A stretch of 64,000 nt of DNA from Eledone cirrhosa (GCA_964016885.1 OZ024755.1:3162001-3226000); one strand, 5' to 3'. Shown: positions 43,488 through 56,661, counted from the stretch's first letter. The notes: a model not told the origin generated them from the sequence alone. Translations and numbers: made by a program.

Positions 43488-44202
43488 CCGTGTGTGGTGT
43501 GTGTAATCGTTTATTTACTGAGGCTAGTACAGGAATTACTCAAGAGTATAGAAATTTTCCCTTTGTATAATCAAACATATCGACACACACCACACACACT
43601 CATACACACGCGCACGCACACGCGCACGCACACGAGTACGCACACACACATACACACATACACACTCTCACACACACTCTCACACACACTCATACACATA
43701 CACACTCACACACCCACACACACTCATACACATACACACTCACACACTCACACACACACACACACACACTCTCACACACTCACTCTCAAACACACACGCG
43801 CGCAAACACACATATACTCACTCACACACACACACATACACTCACACACACACATACTCACACACACACACGTGTTCCTTACAAAGGAAATCAAATACTC
43901 ATATAAACACAAGCAATCATTTATTCTGCATATATCAATTTATACACCCTTTCACATATAAACACTTAATGCGTATATATGTATTCCTGAATTCATATAC
44001 CCATTTACAAAAACATAGCTGCACGTATATACAAATACATTGTGTGTATATACATATATTTATACACATGCGTTCACATCTAAACACTTAATGCATATAT
44101 ATAAATTCAGGAATTTATGGACACACCAACACATACACACACAAATACACACACACACAAATATACACACATTCATCAACACAATGATGAGTTTGAAAAC
44201 GT

Positions 44203-44233
<31 letters not shown>

Positions 44234-44411
44234 GGCAAATGGTCAAGACTCCGACGGCAGAGCTCAAGCCGTTTCCACAGCTATTTCTATGTCCAGAAAT
44301 AGCCGTCGAAACGGCTTGAGCTCTGCCGTCAGGGTCTTGAACATTTTCCTATTACCCACTCTACTACCCAAACTATCGAGTACTCTGGTGCTTTGTGGTT
44401 CACCTGTTTCC
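44234..44411 (+). mobile_element. Fold-back element, family A
   Basis: Imperfect arms around ctatttct-atgtcc-agaaatag, same tail, (TA)n on both sides. Confidence 0.75.
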
Positions 44412-44429
44412 TTACCACACTTCCTTCGT

Positions 44430-44461
<32 letters not shown>

Positions 44462-44989
44462 ATTAAAGTAAGATTAAAATAGAAAGAAAAATAGGTTGAA
44501 ATATAAAAATGACATTGTTGTAATTTCGTTGTTCTTCCACTTCCATTCTGTAAGAACTTTCAGTCTTTCCCAAAAGCACTTGTTTGTTTTGAACCGTTTT
44601 CCGTTTGAAAAGAGGGTTATAGCCCTGAAATATCATGTTGAAATATACTGGGTAAAACATGACTTTGTTTGTTTTATTTGTCACCTTTTGCCCTTTATAT
44701 ATTTCTACCCCATTGTACTGGCTTTCTGAAACTTATCAATTATTTATTACGTATCTTACAATGCTTCATATTAGCTATATATATATATGCGAGAAAAACC
44801 ACAAACCCTCCATCTCAATCCTACTTTTGAAAAGCATAAGAACTGTGAAACCGGTAAAAGAAACAAACAAATATTCTTAAAAAGATTCCAGTTGCATTTT
44901 CGATTTCATCTTGTTTCCTTATACTTTCACTCGTGTAGGACATCTCGTTTTCTTTTTTTTTTAATTTTTGGGGAAAAAAACCTCATTTT

Positions 44990-45041
<52 letters not shown>

Positions 45042-45154
45042 TAACAGATTAAAGTTGAAGCAAAGAATCGCTGCTTTCACTCTTAACGGGATCTTTATCG
45101 AGCCCTCTTTGGATTTTAGTCTTCTAATTTATTATTATTACTATATATATATTT

Positions 45155-45377
45155 GCTGCCGATTATTGAGTCGGGTAAGATCGATACAGATCGAACCTTG
45201 AGTTGATCAGTGGCGAAACACGCGTCACCTGCCAATAAATGTAATGAAGGAGTAACCAATCGTCCTTGTTATCCTTTCAATATATTACACTGTGTATAGC
45301 TCTACACCTCAACACAGAAGTGAACCTAAACATCGAGTGCTCACCCGGGTGAACCTGCAGTAACTCCAAGTTACACT

Positions 45378-45380
<3 letters not shown>
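45155..45380 (+). mobile_element. (TA)n-flanked element containing the 3' half of a hammerhead
   Basis: Long stem gctgccgatta...tgatcagtggc, then GAAA-cacgcg-TC and aataaa; the CUGANGA box is missing, consistent with 5' truncation. Confidence 0.5.
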
Positions 45381-45420
<40 letters not shown>

Positions 45421-45423
<3 letters not shown>

Positions 45424-45856
45424 CTTTAGGTTTGTTGGTTCACCACTGGATAGAATTGGTCATTCCGTATGGTCAATCTTGATGTAATAATATGGAGAGT
45501 ACTCAACGTAAAGCAGTTCAACCGTCTTCGTTTGTGTAGTTGGTGGTGCGAATACGGAGTTAATTATAAATAAAAATAACAGGAGGCTGGACTGGTGTAA
45601 ATCCTTGAAAGGTTTATTATACTATGATCATTTCAATGACCGGGTTCCACATGAATCCGGTGGCCGAGGTGAAAGCAGCTAGTTGGTCAGTCGTCCTCTC
45701 TGCCTCTGATTTTTCGGACCCATGGTTTTTACATATTCCTTTGTTATATTTGGAATACCTGATGATATCACCGGATTCATATGGAACCCGATCATTGAAA
45801 TGATCATAGTATAATAAACCTTTCAAGGATTTACACCAGTCCAGCCTCCTGTTATT

Positions 45857-45860
<4 letters not shown>
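45421..45860. mobile_element. Family C element with an inverted partial duplication
   Basis: 90-bp arms 45573-45662/45769-45858 (2 mismatches) and a 106-nt spacer. Confidence 0.7.
45755..45812 (+). ncRNA. Minimal type I hammerhead ribozyme motif
   Basis: atac-CTGATGA-tatcaccggattc...gaacccgatcatt-GAAA-tgatca-TA-gtat, followed by aataaa; same family as 38.1 kb. Confidence 0.7.
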
Positions 45861-45928
<68 letters not shown>

Positions 45929-46091
45929 TGTTATACTTTGGGAGGGTCATGTTGCCAATAAGAAACACATGCACCAGTTGCTTTCACTTCAATTTATTAT
46001 ATATTTATAAATATATAAATTTTACAAATCTACAAACTTATAAATTTCTGGTTGGTTGGTTGGTTCCACAACCAGATAGTTGTTTATATAT

Positions 46092-46136
46092 AGTCATAGT
46101 CCTTTCGTCACACACTCTGTGACCTCTTCAGTGACT
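46092..46136 (-). ncRNA. Minimal type I hammerhead ribozyme motif
   Basis: Minus strand: agtca-CTGAAGA-g-gtcaca(gagtg)tgtgac-GAAA-ggac-TA-tgact: perfect 5-bp stem I and 6-bp stem II, with one extra nucleotide after the CUGANGA box. Confidence 0.75.
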
Positions 46137-46573
46137 GGGGATTCCTTTCTTTGTTTCTGTGCCTTTCCTTTCTTTTGTCCTACGCCATTTTGTTTCTGTG
46201 TGTGTGCTGTGTGCAACATGACCCTCCCAAAGTATAACAACATCGGTTTCAACACACGATTTCAGATAAAGAATCTTGCTAAACAAATTCAGAAACGAAA
46301 TATATATATATATATATACAGCGAATCCCCACAAATGTATACACACTTCAACAACATTCTAATCAGTGTATATGCATTTTGGGGGACACTCTGTATGTAT
46401 GTATGTATGTATGTATGTATGTAGAGAGAGAGGAGAGGAGACCGAGTGAGGAATGGAGAGAGGGGGGGGGGAATGACAAGCAGTAAGTACATCACAGCTT
46501 CTTTCATGCAACACTGAACAAAGGTAGTGACGTAGTGAAGTTAGAATAACACACACACACACACACACTCACA

Positions 46574-46612
<39 letters not shown>

Positions 46613-47408
46613 ACTCTCATACACACAGACAAATGTTTGGGAGTGTGTATATATATATATGTATATATACACACATATACACATATATAAGGACGTGTAA
46701 CTCCTGAGAGGGTCGTTGTGGTGTCCTAGCGACATATAACTTGTCTAGGGGAAATTGTTAAACCTGAAGGAGCCAGTCACCTCCCCCAGTCTGTACACAG
46801 AAGATTTCTAAGAGAGAGGGTCTGCGGTGCTGAGACACAACCCGAAACCGCTTGGCGCCGTGGGCGGGATTTATATATATATATATATAGTATTTTTTCT
46901 TTCTTTTTCTGTTTTCTTCCTTTTTAAGTTTATAGTAGGCAGGTTCATCTATCCGTGTGATGAATGCATCACCCTCTTCTGATTAGAAATATATATATAT
47001 ACTAGCATAGTACCTGTCAATATTACGTGGTTTATGCCAAATCTGAGATTTTTGGTCTCACAAATTGGATAACCCTAGCTGTGATTTTAATAAGCAATTT
47101 CCTATATGTGTGTGTGTGTGTGTGTGTGCGTTCGAGAGAGGGGGGGGGTATAATGTGTGTGTGTGTGTGTGTGTGTGTCAGAATGAATCTTCCGCTTTAG
47201 TGTATAAATAAATATACTCACTTCCTGTTACGTTTACAAAGTCGATCAAACACACACACACACACACACACTAATATACACACATATATACATGCATAAC
47301 GAGAGTAAAAGTGTGAGATGCATACACATTCGCACATAGTATCTACACACAAACACAGAAATACACACACACGCACACACGCACACACGCACACACACAC
47401 GCACACAC

Positions 47409-47492
<84 letters not shown>

Positions 47493-47689
47493 CAGTCATG
47501 TTTTAAAACCAACAAACTCTCAACTTTTACCCAAGTGTACTACGACATATTAACTTCTCTGTCGCACCACCACCACCACCACCACCCAACTCCGACCACA
47601 ACCACCACCACCACCACCACCACCACCACCACCACCCAACTCCAACCACCACCACCCAACTCCTTTCCTATTCCTTCCATTACTGGCCA

Positions 47690-48262
47690 AATAATTGTTT
47701 CTATTTTTGGTACAAGGCCAGCAATTATCCCAGTCTATTACTGGTACTTTATTTTATCGACCCCGTAATGATGAAAGGCAAAGTTAACCTCGGCGTGATT
47801 TGAACTCAGGTTGGAAAGGGCCGTAACTCTATGCGTCAAAGCATGGCGTCCGACCCTCTACCGATACTGTCAATCTACCAAAAATTGTTTCTACTTTTGG
47901 CACAAGGCCAGCAATTATTTCAGTATATTACTGGTACTTTGCTTTTCATCCTTACGGGCTCGAAAAAATAAAGTTAACCTCAATGGGATTTGAACCTGAT
48001 GGGGTCGATAAAATAATGTAACAGTAATTCACTGGGGTAATTGGTGGTCTTGTGCCAATAGTAGAAACAATTACTGCCCAAATAATTGTTTCTACTTTAG
48101 GCACAAGGTCAGCAAATTAACCAGTGCATTACTGGTACTTTTATTTTATCGACCCCGTAAGGATGAAAGGCAAAGTCAACCTCGGTGGGATTTGAACTCA
48201 GATCGTAAAGGGACGTAACTATGCTGGAAAGCATGGCGTCCGACCCTCTACCGATACTGCCA
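47690..48262. mobile_element. Cluster of dominant SINE copies with rearranged, inverted pieces
   Basis: Minus 47690-47875, mixed 47883-48072, minus 48080-48262. Confidence 0.8.
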
Positions 48263-48752
48263 TCCCAAATAATGATTGCCTATTTGAGCATTTGCAGATA
48301 TAACTGGGGCCAGACGTGACTGGAAATGCCTATGGAATGATAAAGAATAAGGGATGTTTCAAATTAAGTAGGGATATTTTGTGGCCCTTAAAAAACTGAA
48401 AACAAACAATGGTGATTTAGTACGTATCTATTTCTATTACTAAGTTATGGCTGCTGTTTTAGTAATCTGTTAGCTGGAGATGGTGTCTTCCTTTAGTTGT
48501 TTATTTGTTTACGAACACACACAGACACGTACACACACACACACACACACGTACACACACACGTACACACACACACACACGCACACACACACGTACACAC
48601 ACACGTACACACACACACACACACACACACACGTACACACACACACACACACACACATATGGTGTTCCAAAAAATGTATATGCACTTTGATTACCTGTAA
48701 GGCAATATTTATTAGAATGCTGTTGAAGTGTGTATACATTTTTTCGGACACC

Positions 48753-48790
<38 letters not shown>

Positions 48791-48792
48791 TT

Positions 48793-48830
<38 letters not shown>

Positions 48831-48835
<5 letters not shown>

Positions 48836-48983
48836 GTTTCTACTTTTGGCACCAGGCCAGCGATTACCCCAGTGTATTACTAGTACTTCATTTTATCGAC
48901 CTCGGTGGGATTTGAACTCAGACCATAAAAGGCCGTAACTCTGAGTCAAAGCATGGCGTCCGACCCTCTACCGATACTGCCAA
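48831..48983 (-). mobile_element. Dominant SINE with an internal deletion
   Basis: Jumps from tcgacc to tcggtggg, lacking the gatgaaagg block. Confidence 0.8.
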
Positions 48984-50539
48984 TATATATTTATAATGAT
49001 CTCATGCACAGAGATGCTATAAAATAGCTTATAAAAAAGGGTGAAGACCCTTAAAGACGGGAAAAGAAGTTGCCATTGGTCGCTATGAGGAATCGAACCC
49101 CATATCTCCCAGATGCCGGCTGTGCGCTTTAAACCATTAAATGTTTGTATATAATGGTTTATATACTGCGGCGGTGGTGGTGATTGTGGTGGGATCTATA
49201 ATGAGGATTATCATCATCGTCATCATTATCATCATAGCCCCTATTTTTGTATAACTATGACGTGTAAGTGTAAATTAAGTGCATGATTTGCCCTGGCGAA
49301 ATAAACTGTGGTGGGCGAGGATGGCGGGGAAGAGAACGGGTAAAACGGCGACTAGCAATTGACATCAAGGGATAGATTATTTTTTAAAAAATGAAACGAA
49401 ATAAAAGGGGAGAAGGGATGGAGGGAGAGCGGGACGGTGTGAACACTGGGTCCCAAGTTAGTACCTTTGATATCTGGAAATATATTAACAGGGTTATACC
49501 TACATCCCTGCACCCATACATACACATTGATTCATTCAGCCCTCCTCCAGCACCCTTTTCCTTGATCCCTTCCACAGCAATTCAATAAATTCCCTTGCCT
49601 TTTCTTAACCATCGCCCCTTTTATTTCTACATACTTTCATCATCTACAATACACAGTATCAGATACAAACATATATAGAGTTATAGAGTTATAGTTAATA
49701 CCGCCACCACCACCACCACCACCACCAACACCACCACCACCACCACCATCGCAACCACCACCACCACCACCACCACCACCACCACCACCACCACCACCAC
49801 CGCAACCACCGCAACCACCGCCACCGCCACCAACACCACCGCCACCAACACCACCACCACCACCGCCACCAACACCACCACCACCACCACCACCACCACC
49901 ACCACCACCACCACCACCACCAACACCACCGCAACCACCACCACCACCACCACCGCAACCACCACCACCACCACCACCGCAACCACCACCACCACCAACA
50001 CCACCACCGCAACCACCGCAACCACCAACACCACCACCACCACCGCAACCACCACCACCACCACCACCGCAACCACCACCACCACCACCACCACCAACAC
50101 CACCACCGCCACCAACACCACCACCACCAACACCACCACCACCACCGCAACCACCACCACCACCAACGCCACCACCACCACCAACGCCACCAACGCCACC
50201 AACACCACCAACACCACCAACACCACCACCACCACCACCACCAACGCCACCAACACCACCACCACCACCAGCACCATCACCACCACCATCACTACCACCA
50301 CCACCATCACCACCACCACCAGCACCATCACCACCACCATCACTACCACCAACACCACCACCACCAACGCCACCAACACCACCACCACCAACGCCACCAA
50401 CACCACCACCACCAACACCACCACCAACACCACCACTACTCCACACATCTTCCACAAATAACTACATCATCAAGAATATTGTTGCTGTTGGATCTCCGGC
50501 GTTCACGACGACGAGTGTTCCAGTATAATATATATATAT

Positions 50540-50690
50540 ATAACAAAGAAAGTGTGGTAAGGAACCAGGTGGACCATAACGCACCAGAGTACTCAATACT
50601 TTGGGTAGTAGAGTGGGTAATAGGAAAAGAGTTCGGATCTAGCTGTCGAAATGACCGGAGCTCAGCCGTCGGGGTCTTGACTCTTTTTCT
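50540..50690 (-). mobile_element. Family A element with internal deletion
   Basis: Tail gtggtaaggaaccaggtggaccataacgcacc...; most of one arm is missing. Confidence 0.7.
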
Positions 50691-50718
50691 ATATATATAT
50701 ATATATATTATATATATA

Positions 50719-50786
<68 letters not shown>

Positions 50787-50795
50787 ATTATATAT

Positions 50796-50900
<105 letters not shown>

Positions 50901-51704
50901 TATATATATATATTATATATATTATATATATATATTATATATATTATATATATATATTATATATATTATATATATATATTATATATATTATATATATATA
51001 TTATATATATTATATATATATATTATATATATTATATATATATATTATATATTATATATATATATTATATATATTATATATATATATTATATATATTATA
51101 TATATATATTATATATTATATATATATATTATATATATTATATATATATATTATATATTATATATATATATTATATATATTATATATATATATATATATA
51201 TAAAGGTTTACATATATATATATATATATATGGTGTATATTTTATCTGGTGATTCTATAGGCATGTTTTATGATATATATATATATAACGAGAGAGAGAG
51301 AGAGAGAGAGAGGGAGTCAGCGGTGCTGAGAGACAAGCTGAAACCGCTTGGCACCACTGTCGGAGATTTTACACACACACACACCACACATATATATATA
51401 TGTTTATGAGAGAGAGAGAGAGAGACTTCGTACGGGGGGTGGGTTTTCGTAAAGTAATACTTCAAAATTTCAGTTTATGAAAATGCCACAAAAATCAGTG
51501 ATTTGGACGGGAGCACACAATCCACTGTTGTTCAAATAATCCACATCCTTTCCTAATTTTCCTAACTTCTTCGTAATTTACAATGAGAGCATGACTAAAG
51601 AGCTCCCTAAATGTCTGGTACTGCAACTTCCTGGTTTATAACGACAGACCATTAATCAAAGAAGCATAGTAACTTTACAAATTAATATATAGAAATATGT
51701 ATAC

Positions 51705-51737
<33 letters not shown>

Positions 51738-52020
51738 CATGTATACATACATGTGTACATACATAATGTACGTACGTACATACATATACACACACATAGA
51801 AATATACATATATACATATACACACACACATACATACATAATTAATTTTATAGTTGATGTCTTTCCCGTACTAATTAATTTTTTAATATTTCTTTGTACC
51901 TACTTGAATCTTAAACTGAGAAATATGTAAATATATATGTATATGTTGATCTACTTAGAAACATATAAATATAAATATATATAATGATGTACAGATGTCC
52001 AGATAAACATTAATGAATTG

Positions 52021-52220
52021 NNNNNNNNNNNNNNNNNNNNNNNNNNNNNNNNNNNNNNNNNNNNNNNNNNNNNNNNNNNNNNNNNNNNNNNNNNNNNNNN
52101 NNNNNNNNNNNNNNNNNNNNNNNNNNNNNNNNNNNNNNNNNNNNNNNNNNNNNNNNNNNNNNNNNNNNNNNNNNNNNNNNNNNNNNNNNNNNNNNNNNNN
52201 NNNNNNNNNNNNNNNNNNNN
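52021..52220. other. Assembly gap (200 N)
   Basis: Run of N. Confidence 1.
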
Positions 52221-53480
52221 TATGCTTCAGCATGTACCCATGGGAGGTCGGGTACCCTGTATTACTGCGTGACGCCAGAAGTCACGGTCGTGTGTCATTG
52301 ACTTTGAGAGGTGTAGTTGGGTAAGGTCGGCTTTTATCACCTCATCCCAAGTCATCTTGGGTCTCCCCACTCCGCGGTTTCCATCAACTTCTAGTGCTCT
52401 GCACCTTTTTATGCAGCTGTCATCCTTCATACGCATCACATGTCCATACCAGCGTAACCGCCTCTCCTGCACGCAGCATTTGATTCCTCTTATGCTCAGT
52501 CTCTCTCTCAATTCCTTTATGCTTTGTCGTTCACGTATATTACTGTTACACATCCATCGGAGCATGCAGGCTTCGTTTCTCTCTAATCTACGTAAGTCTT
52601 CCACCTTCAGCGCCCAGGTCTCACTACCATGCAACATCGCTGTTCGGATACACGCATCATACAGTCTGCCTTTCATTCTGAGGGAAGCCTTTTGCAGCTA
52701 GCAGTGGTAGTAGTTCCCTAAACTTCTTCCATCCCGTTCTTACCCTAGTTATTGTACTTTCTGAGCACCCACCTCCGTTGCTAATTCGGTCACCTAGGTA
52801 GCAGAAGCTGTCTACTGTTTCTCCAGGGCCCTCCCAGAGATTGGTGGTACTTGTTTCCTGTGGCTGTTTGCTTGCTGTTTCAGCACAGCTGCTGCATGTG
52901 AATCCTACATTCTTAATTAAGCTTCCTGAGATCCCGCTACATCTCTTGTGTACCCATTGTTTGCATTTGGGGCAGAGAATGGAGTTCCTACCTACACCTT
53001 TCCTACATACTGAGCAAGGCCATTTCCCTGAGGGGATCTGGGTTCTGTTTTCTCGTCTACTTACAAGGACCTTAGTCTTTGTCATGTTGACTTTGAGGCC
53101 CTTTCTCTCTAGTCCCTGCTTCCAGGTTTGGAATTTATTCTCTAGTTCTACCATAGATTCAGCTATGAGTGCGAGGTCATCAGCATACAGGAGTTCCCAT
53201 GGGCATCCGGTCTTAAACTCCTCCGTTATTGCCTGCAGGACTATGATGAACAGGAGAGGGCTAAGAACAGAGCCCTGGTGGACCCCAACCTGTACGCTAA
53301 ATTCCTCGCTATACTCATTGCCAATCCTAACTTTGCTGACTGCTCCCCTATACATGGCTTGTACCGCTTTCACAAGCCATTCATCTACTCCTAGTTTTCT
53401 AAGAGCCCACCAGATTACTGCACGTGGAACTCTGTCAAAGGCTTTCTCAAGGTCGACAAATGCCAAGTAGAGTGGCTTAC
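52221..53480 (-). mobile_element. 5'-truncated RTE-clade LINE: reverse transcriptase, internal Cys-rich finger and C-terminus, with one frameshift near 52680
   Basis: ORFs 52657..53589 and 52227..52676 contain RT motifs LYLAFVDLEKAFDRVPR, GVHQGSVLSPLLF, LLYADD, FCYLGD and an RTE-type C-terminus (ERRLRWYGHVMR...GRPKMTW...DRDFWR). Homology stops at about 53480 at a (TA)n tract; the 3' end runs into the N gap. Confidence 0.95.
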
Positions 53481-53560
53481 TTATATATACATATATATAT
53501 GATAAATGTAATCTGATTTTTTCGAATATTAATAATAACATTCGATTCGTTTTATACATA

Positions 53561-53620
53561 TTTATTATACATATTTCAAGGGCCACCAAGGCAAACTATG
53601 GTGCGCTTTCATCAGATAAA
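53561..53620 (-). ncRNA. Minimal type I hammerhead motif (left arm of a palindrome)
   Basis: Minus strand: tttat-CTGATGA-aagcgcacca...tggtggccctt-GAAA-tatgta-TA-ataaa. Confidence 0.75.
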
Positions 53621-53746
53621 ATATAATATAGTTAGTTTTATAAATAAATATTGACATACCCTGAAAAAATGCAACCATTCTCCAACCAGAATGGTTGCAT
53701 TTTTTCAGGGTATGTCAATATTTATTTATAAAACTAACCTATATTA

Positions 53747-53812
53747 TATTTTATCTGATGAAAGCGCACCATAGTTTGCCTTGGTGGCCCTTGAAATATG
53801 TATAATGAAATA
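53747..53812 (+). ncRNA. Minimal type I hammerhead motif (right arm of a palindrome)
   Basis: tattttat-CTGATGA-aagcgcacca...tggtggccctt-GAAA-tatgta-TA-atgaaata; 8-bp stem I including one G-U pair. Confidence 0.75.
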
Positions 53813-54009
53813 AATATGGTTTTATAAATATAGTTTCCATTTGTTAATATATTGTATATATATATATGTATATATATATGTGTGTGTGTGTATATATATG
53901 TCTGCCTGTGGAGGGGGTAACTGTATGTGTGTGTGTGTTCAAGTTTAGGGGCCGGGGCCAGTTTAGGTTTGGTGGGGTGGGGGGCTGTTTGACGATGGGG
54001 ACAGATTGA

Positions 54010-54215
54010 TTTTTACGAGCAAAACCAAACTGGCAAGGGACCCAGAGATACACCAAGAGTAAGATGGTTGGATAACATCCATGAGCTTGGCTGGTCTTGG
54101 TTGGGGATCCAGCCAGATCTGCTGGAAATGGTTGCTTATGACATGACCCACTGGAAGGAGGGTTTGAGGACTCTGTCCCCACGACCCTCTCAGGAATATA
54201 TGGGTGCGTTGCGAA
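54010..54215 (+). mobile_element. RTE LINE 3'-end fragment
   Basis: PRVRWLDNIHELGWSWLGIQPDLLEMVAYDMTHWKEGLR; aligns with 31139-31340. Confidence 0.7.
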
Positions 54216-54393
54216 AGTATGCAGTAACTAATCGCACTACAGTATGATAGGTGAGACACTACGTAGATCGATACATCTGCCGCTATATAGTACCTGTATT
54301 GCTGAGTGTGTATACACACTTTACCTCTACAGGCAATATTTATTAGGCTGCTGTTGAAGTGTGTATACCTTTTTGAGACAGCCTGTATATGTG

Positions 54394-54437
<44 letters not shown>

Positions 54438-54478
54438 CGAAACATAAGTCAATTGCATGAACTCATAATCCTTTATTT

Positions 54479-54534
54479 ACTGCTATATATATTTCGATGA
54501 TAGCCATTGAATGGCTATGACCTCATCAGGCAGT
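54479..54534 (-). ncRNA. Minimal type I hammerhead ribozyme motif
   Basis: Minus strand: actgc-CTGATGA-ggtcatagccat(tca)atggctatcatc-GAAA-tatata-TA-gcagt, followed by aataaa; 12-bp stem II with 1 mismatch. Confidence 0.85.
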
Positions 54535-54593
54535 TAGTCAGTTCTTAGATATGCCAGCTCTGTGTTTATGGTGTTGATGGTATCAGAGCCTTG

Positions 54594-54624
<31 letters not shown>

Positions 54625-54628
<4 letters not shown>

Positions 54629-54962
54629 CATTTCATTTCATTTTACGTTCACTTTTCCCTGCTTGCAAGGGTGGGACGGGAACTGATTCTGGCTTGATTT
54701 CTACAGCTGGATGCCCTTCCTAACACCAACCTCATTTACAGTGAGTGCTAGGTGCTTTGTTACCGTGGCACCTACACGTCCACTTTACAGTGGAATGATA
54801 GGGACCCCAGTCCCTATCATCTCATTTCTACAGCTGAGTAAACTGGAGCAATGTGAAATAAAGTGTCTTGCTCAAGGAAACAACACATCACCCGGCCTGA
54901 GAATTGAACTCTCAACCTTTCGATTGCAAGGCCAATGCTCTAACCACAAAGCCATGTGCCTC
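54625..54962 (-). mobile_element. SINE composite: CORE-like head with a LINE-like tail ending in (atgaa)n
   Basis: gtgaaataaagtgtcttgctcaagg core on the minus strand and a (tttca)n tail at 54626-54642. Confidence 0.6.
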
Positions 54963-55204
54963 CATATAAATATATATATATATATGAATAAAAAGTTACA
55001 GTATCGTAAATGAGGATAGAAAGACTAAGTATAAAGAGATGTGATACAGAGTGTTATTTGCCAAAAGCGGGTGCATGGGTCCTCGATACCTTTATAATTG
55101 CCTCAGAACAGCCCCGTTGGGCGAAACATATTAGGAGCTTTTTATAAATGTGATTTAACGGCTTGCCTCTCTTTCATTAATATTTTCGCTTATATATATA
55201 TTCT

Positions 55205-55280
55205 TCTTCTTCGGAGGGTCGTGGGGGAAGAGTCGTGAAAGACTCCTTCCAGCGGATCGTGTCAGAAGCAACCCTCCCCA
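55205..55280 (-). mobile_element. Short RTE 3'-end remnant
   Basis: Reverse complement gttgcttctgacacgatccgctggaaggag...cccccacgaccctc matches the 31.2 and 54.1 kb fragments. Confidence 0.55.
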
Positions 55281-55281
55281 A

Positions 55282-55387
55282 CAGGGTGTCCCAAAAAATG
55301 TATACACACTTCACACTTTGATTACCTGTACAAGCAATATTTATTAAAATGCTGTTGAAGTGTGTATACATTTTTTGGAACACCCTA
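55282..55387. mobile_element. Tc1/mariner-type MITE (also about 7430-7518, 8459-8558, 14042-14119, 37632-37705, 46318-46393, 48659-48754 and 54300-54386)
   Basis: TIR cagggtgtcccaaaaaatgtatacacactt and its complement, shared centre tttattaRaatgctgttgaag, mostly in TA context. Confidence 0.85.
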
Positions 55388-55543
55388 TATATATATATAT
55401 AGATATATATAGATAAGTAGTAAGACAACAGTTAGTTCACCATACCGAGAACAATTCGTGAACTAACTGTTGTGTTACCACTTCTAGCAAACTCGTCCCA
55501 TGGACTGAATGCTCTACCATTACGGATATTACCTTCCAGTGTT

Positions 55544-55584
<41 letters not shown>

Positions 55585-55858
55585 CATATACATACACACG
55601 CGCGCACACACAATCACACACATACTTATATATATATACATATGTAATTATCCCATACGTGTTTACCGTCATATAAAGCTAGACAGGTAAAATATCACCT
55701 GATATCCCAGCCGTCAAGATGTTGATATTGAGGTCCTGCTAACCTACAACTCGTCTAACTTTTGAACTTAAACACACTAGAAGAAGAAAAATAGGTGTTA
55801 AAACACTCCCTCTTTTTCTTCTTAACAACGTGTTTTAAGTCTCTATTTCTATGTGTAT

Positions 55859-55899
<41 letters not shown>

Positions 55900-55905
<6 letters not shown>

Positions 55906-56083
55906 GTTTCTACTTTTGGCACAAGGCCAGCAGTTACCCAGTGCATTACTGGTACTTTATTTTATCGACCCCATAAGGATGAAAGGCAAAGTTAACCTCG
56001 GCGGGATTTGAACTCAGAATGGCAAGGGCCGTATCTCTATGCTGGAAGGCATGGCGTCTGACCCTCTGCCGTTACTGCCAATC
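55900..56083 (-). mobile_element. Dominant SINE
   Basis: Same blocks. Confidence 0.85.
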
Positions 56084-56090
56084 CATGAGG

Positions 56091-56240
56091 TGTGGTAAGA
56101 AACCAGGTGGACCATAACGCATCAGAGTACTCAATACTTAGAATAGTAGAGTGGGTAATAGGAAAAAGTATGACCCCGACGGCAGAGCTGAAGCGGTCGA
56201 AACGGCTTGAGCTGTGCCGTCGGGGTCATACTTTTTCCTA
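56091..56240 (-). mobile_element. Fold-back element, family A
   Basis: Arms taggaaaaagtatgaccccgacggca / tgccgtcggggtcatactttttccta with a shorter centre. Confidence 0.75.
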
Positions 56241-56359
56241 TATATATATATGTACATACATATACATATTATATAGGTAGGTCGGCAGTAGTTTGCAAGA
56301 ATTCTTTCTTTCTATTTCTCTAACAAACACACACCTATATATATGTATATATATAGATA

Positions 56360-56406
<47 letters not shown>

Positions 56407-56531
56407 CTGCGGGGTTTATCACATGACATATACATGTAAGCCCCACCACAGACACGATAACTACCAACAGTTATATTTCCCCTATCACACCATTCTCTCT
56501 TCACAATAGCCACCACCATGAGACAGTCCGC

Positions 56532-56534
<3 letters not shown>

Positions 56535-56583
<49 letters not shown>

Positions 56584-56627
56584 TATATATATATACAGTA
56601 TATATATATACAGTATATATATATACA

Positions 56628-56661
<34 letters not shown>

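Noticed and set aside
45573-45858. Two A/G differences between arms as a fossil of ADAR editing
   Set aside because: Comparison with the 38 kb copy polarises the two changes in opposite directions, and two sites are too few.
53170-53190. CTGATGA on the minus strand inside the RTE
   Set aside because: It is simply the codons of the YADD motif.
53481-53589. N-terminal part of the ORF 52657..53589
   Set aside because: Read-through from (TA)n and the palindrome; RT homology starts at KPLYLAF (about 53478).
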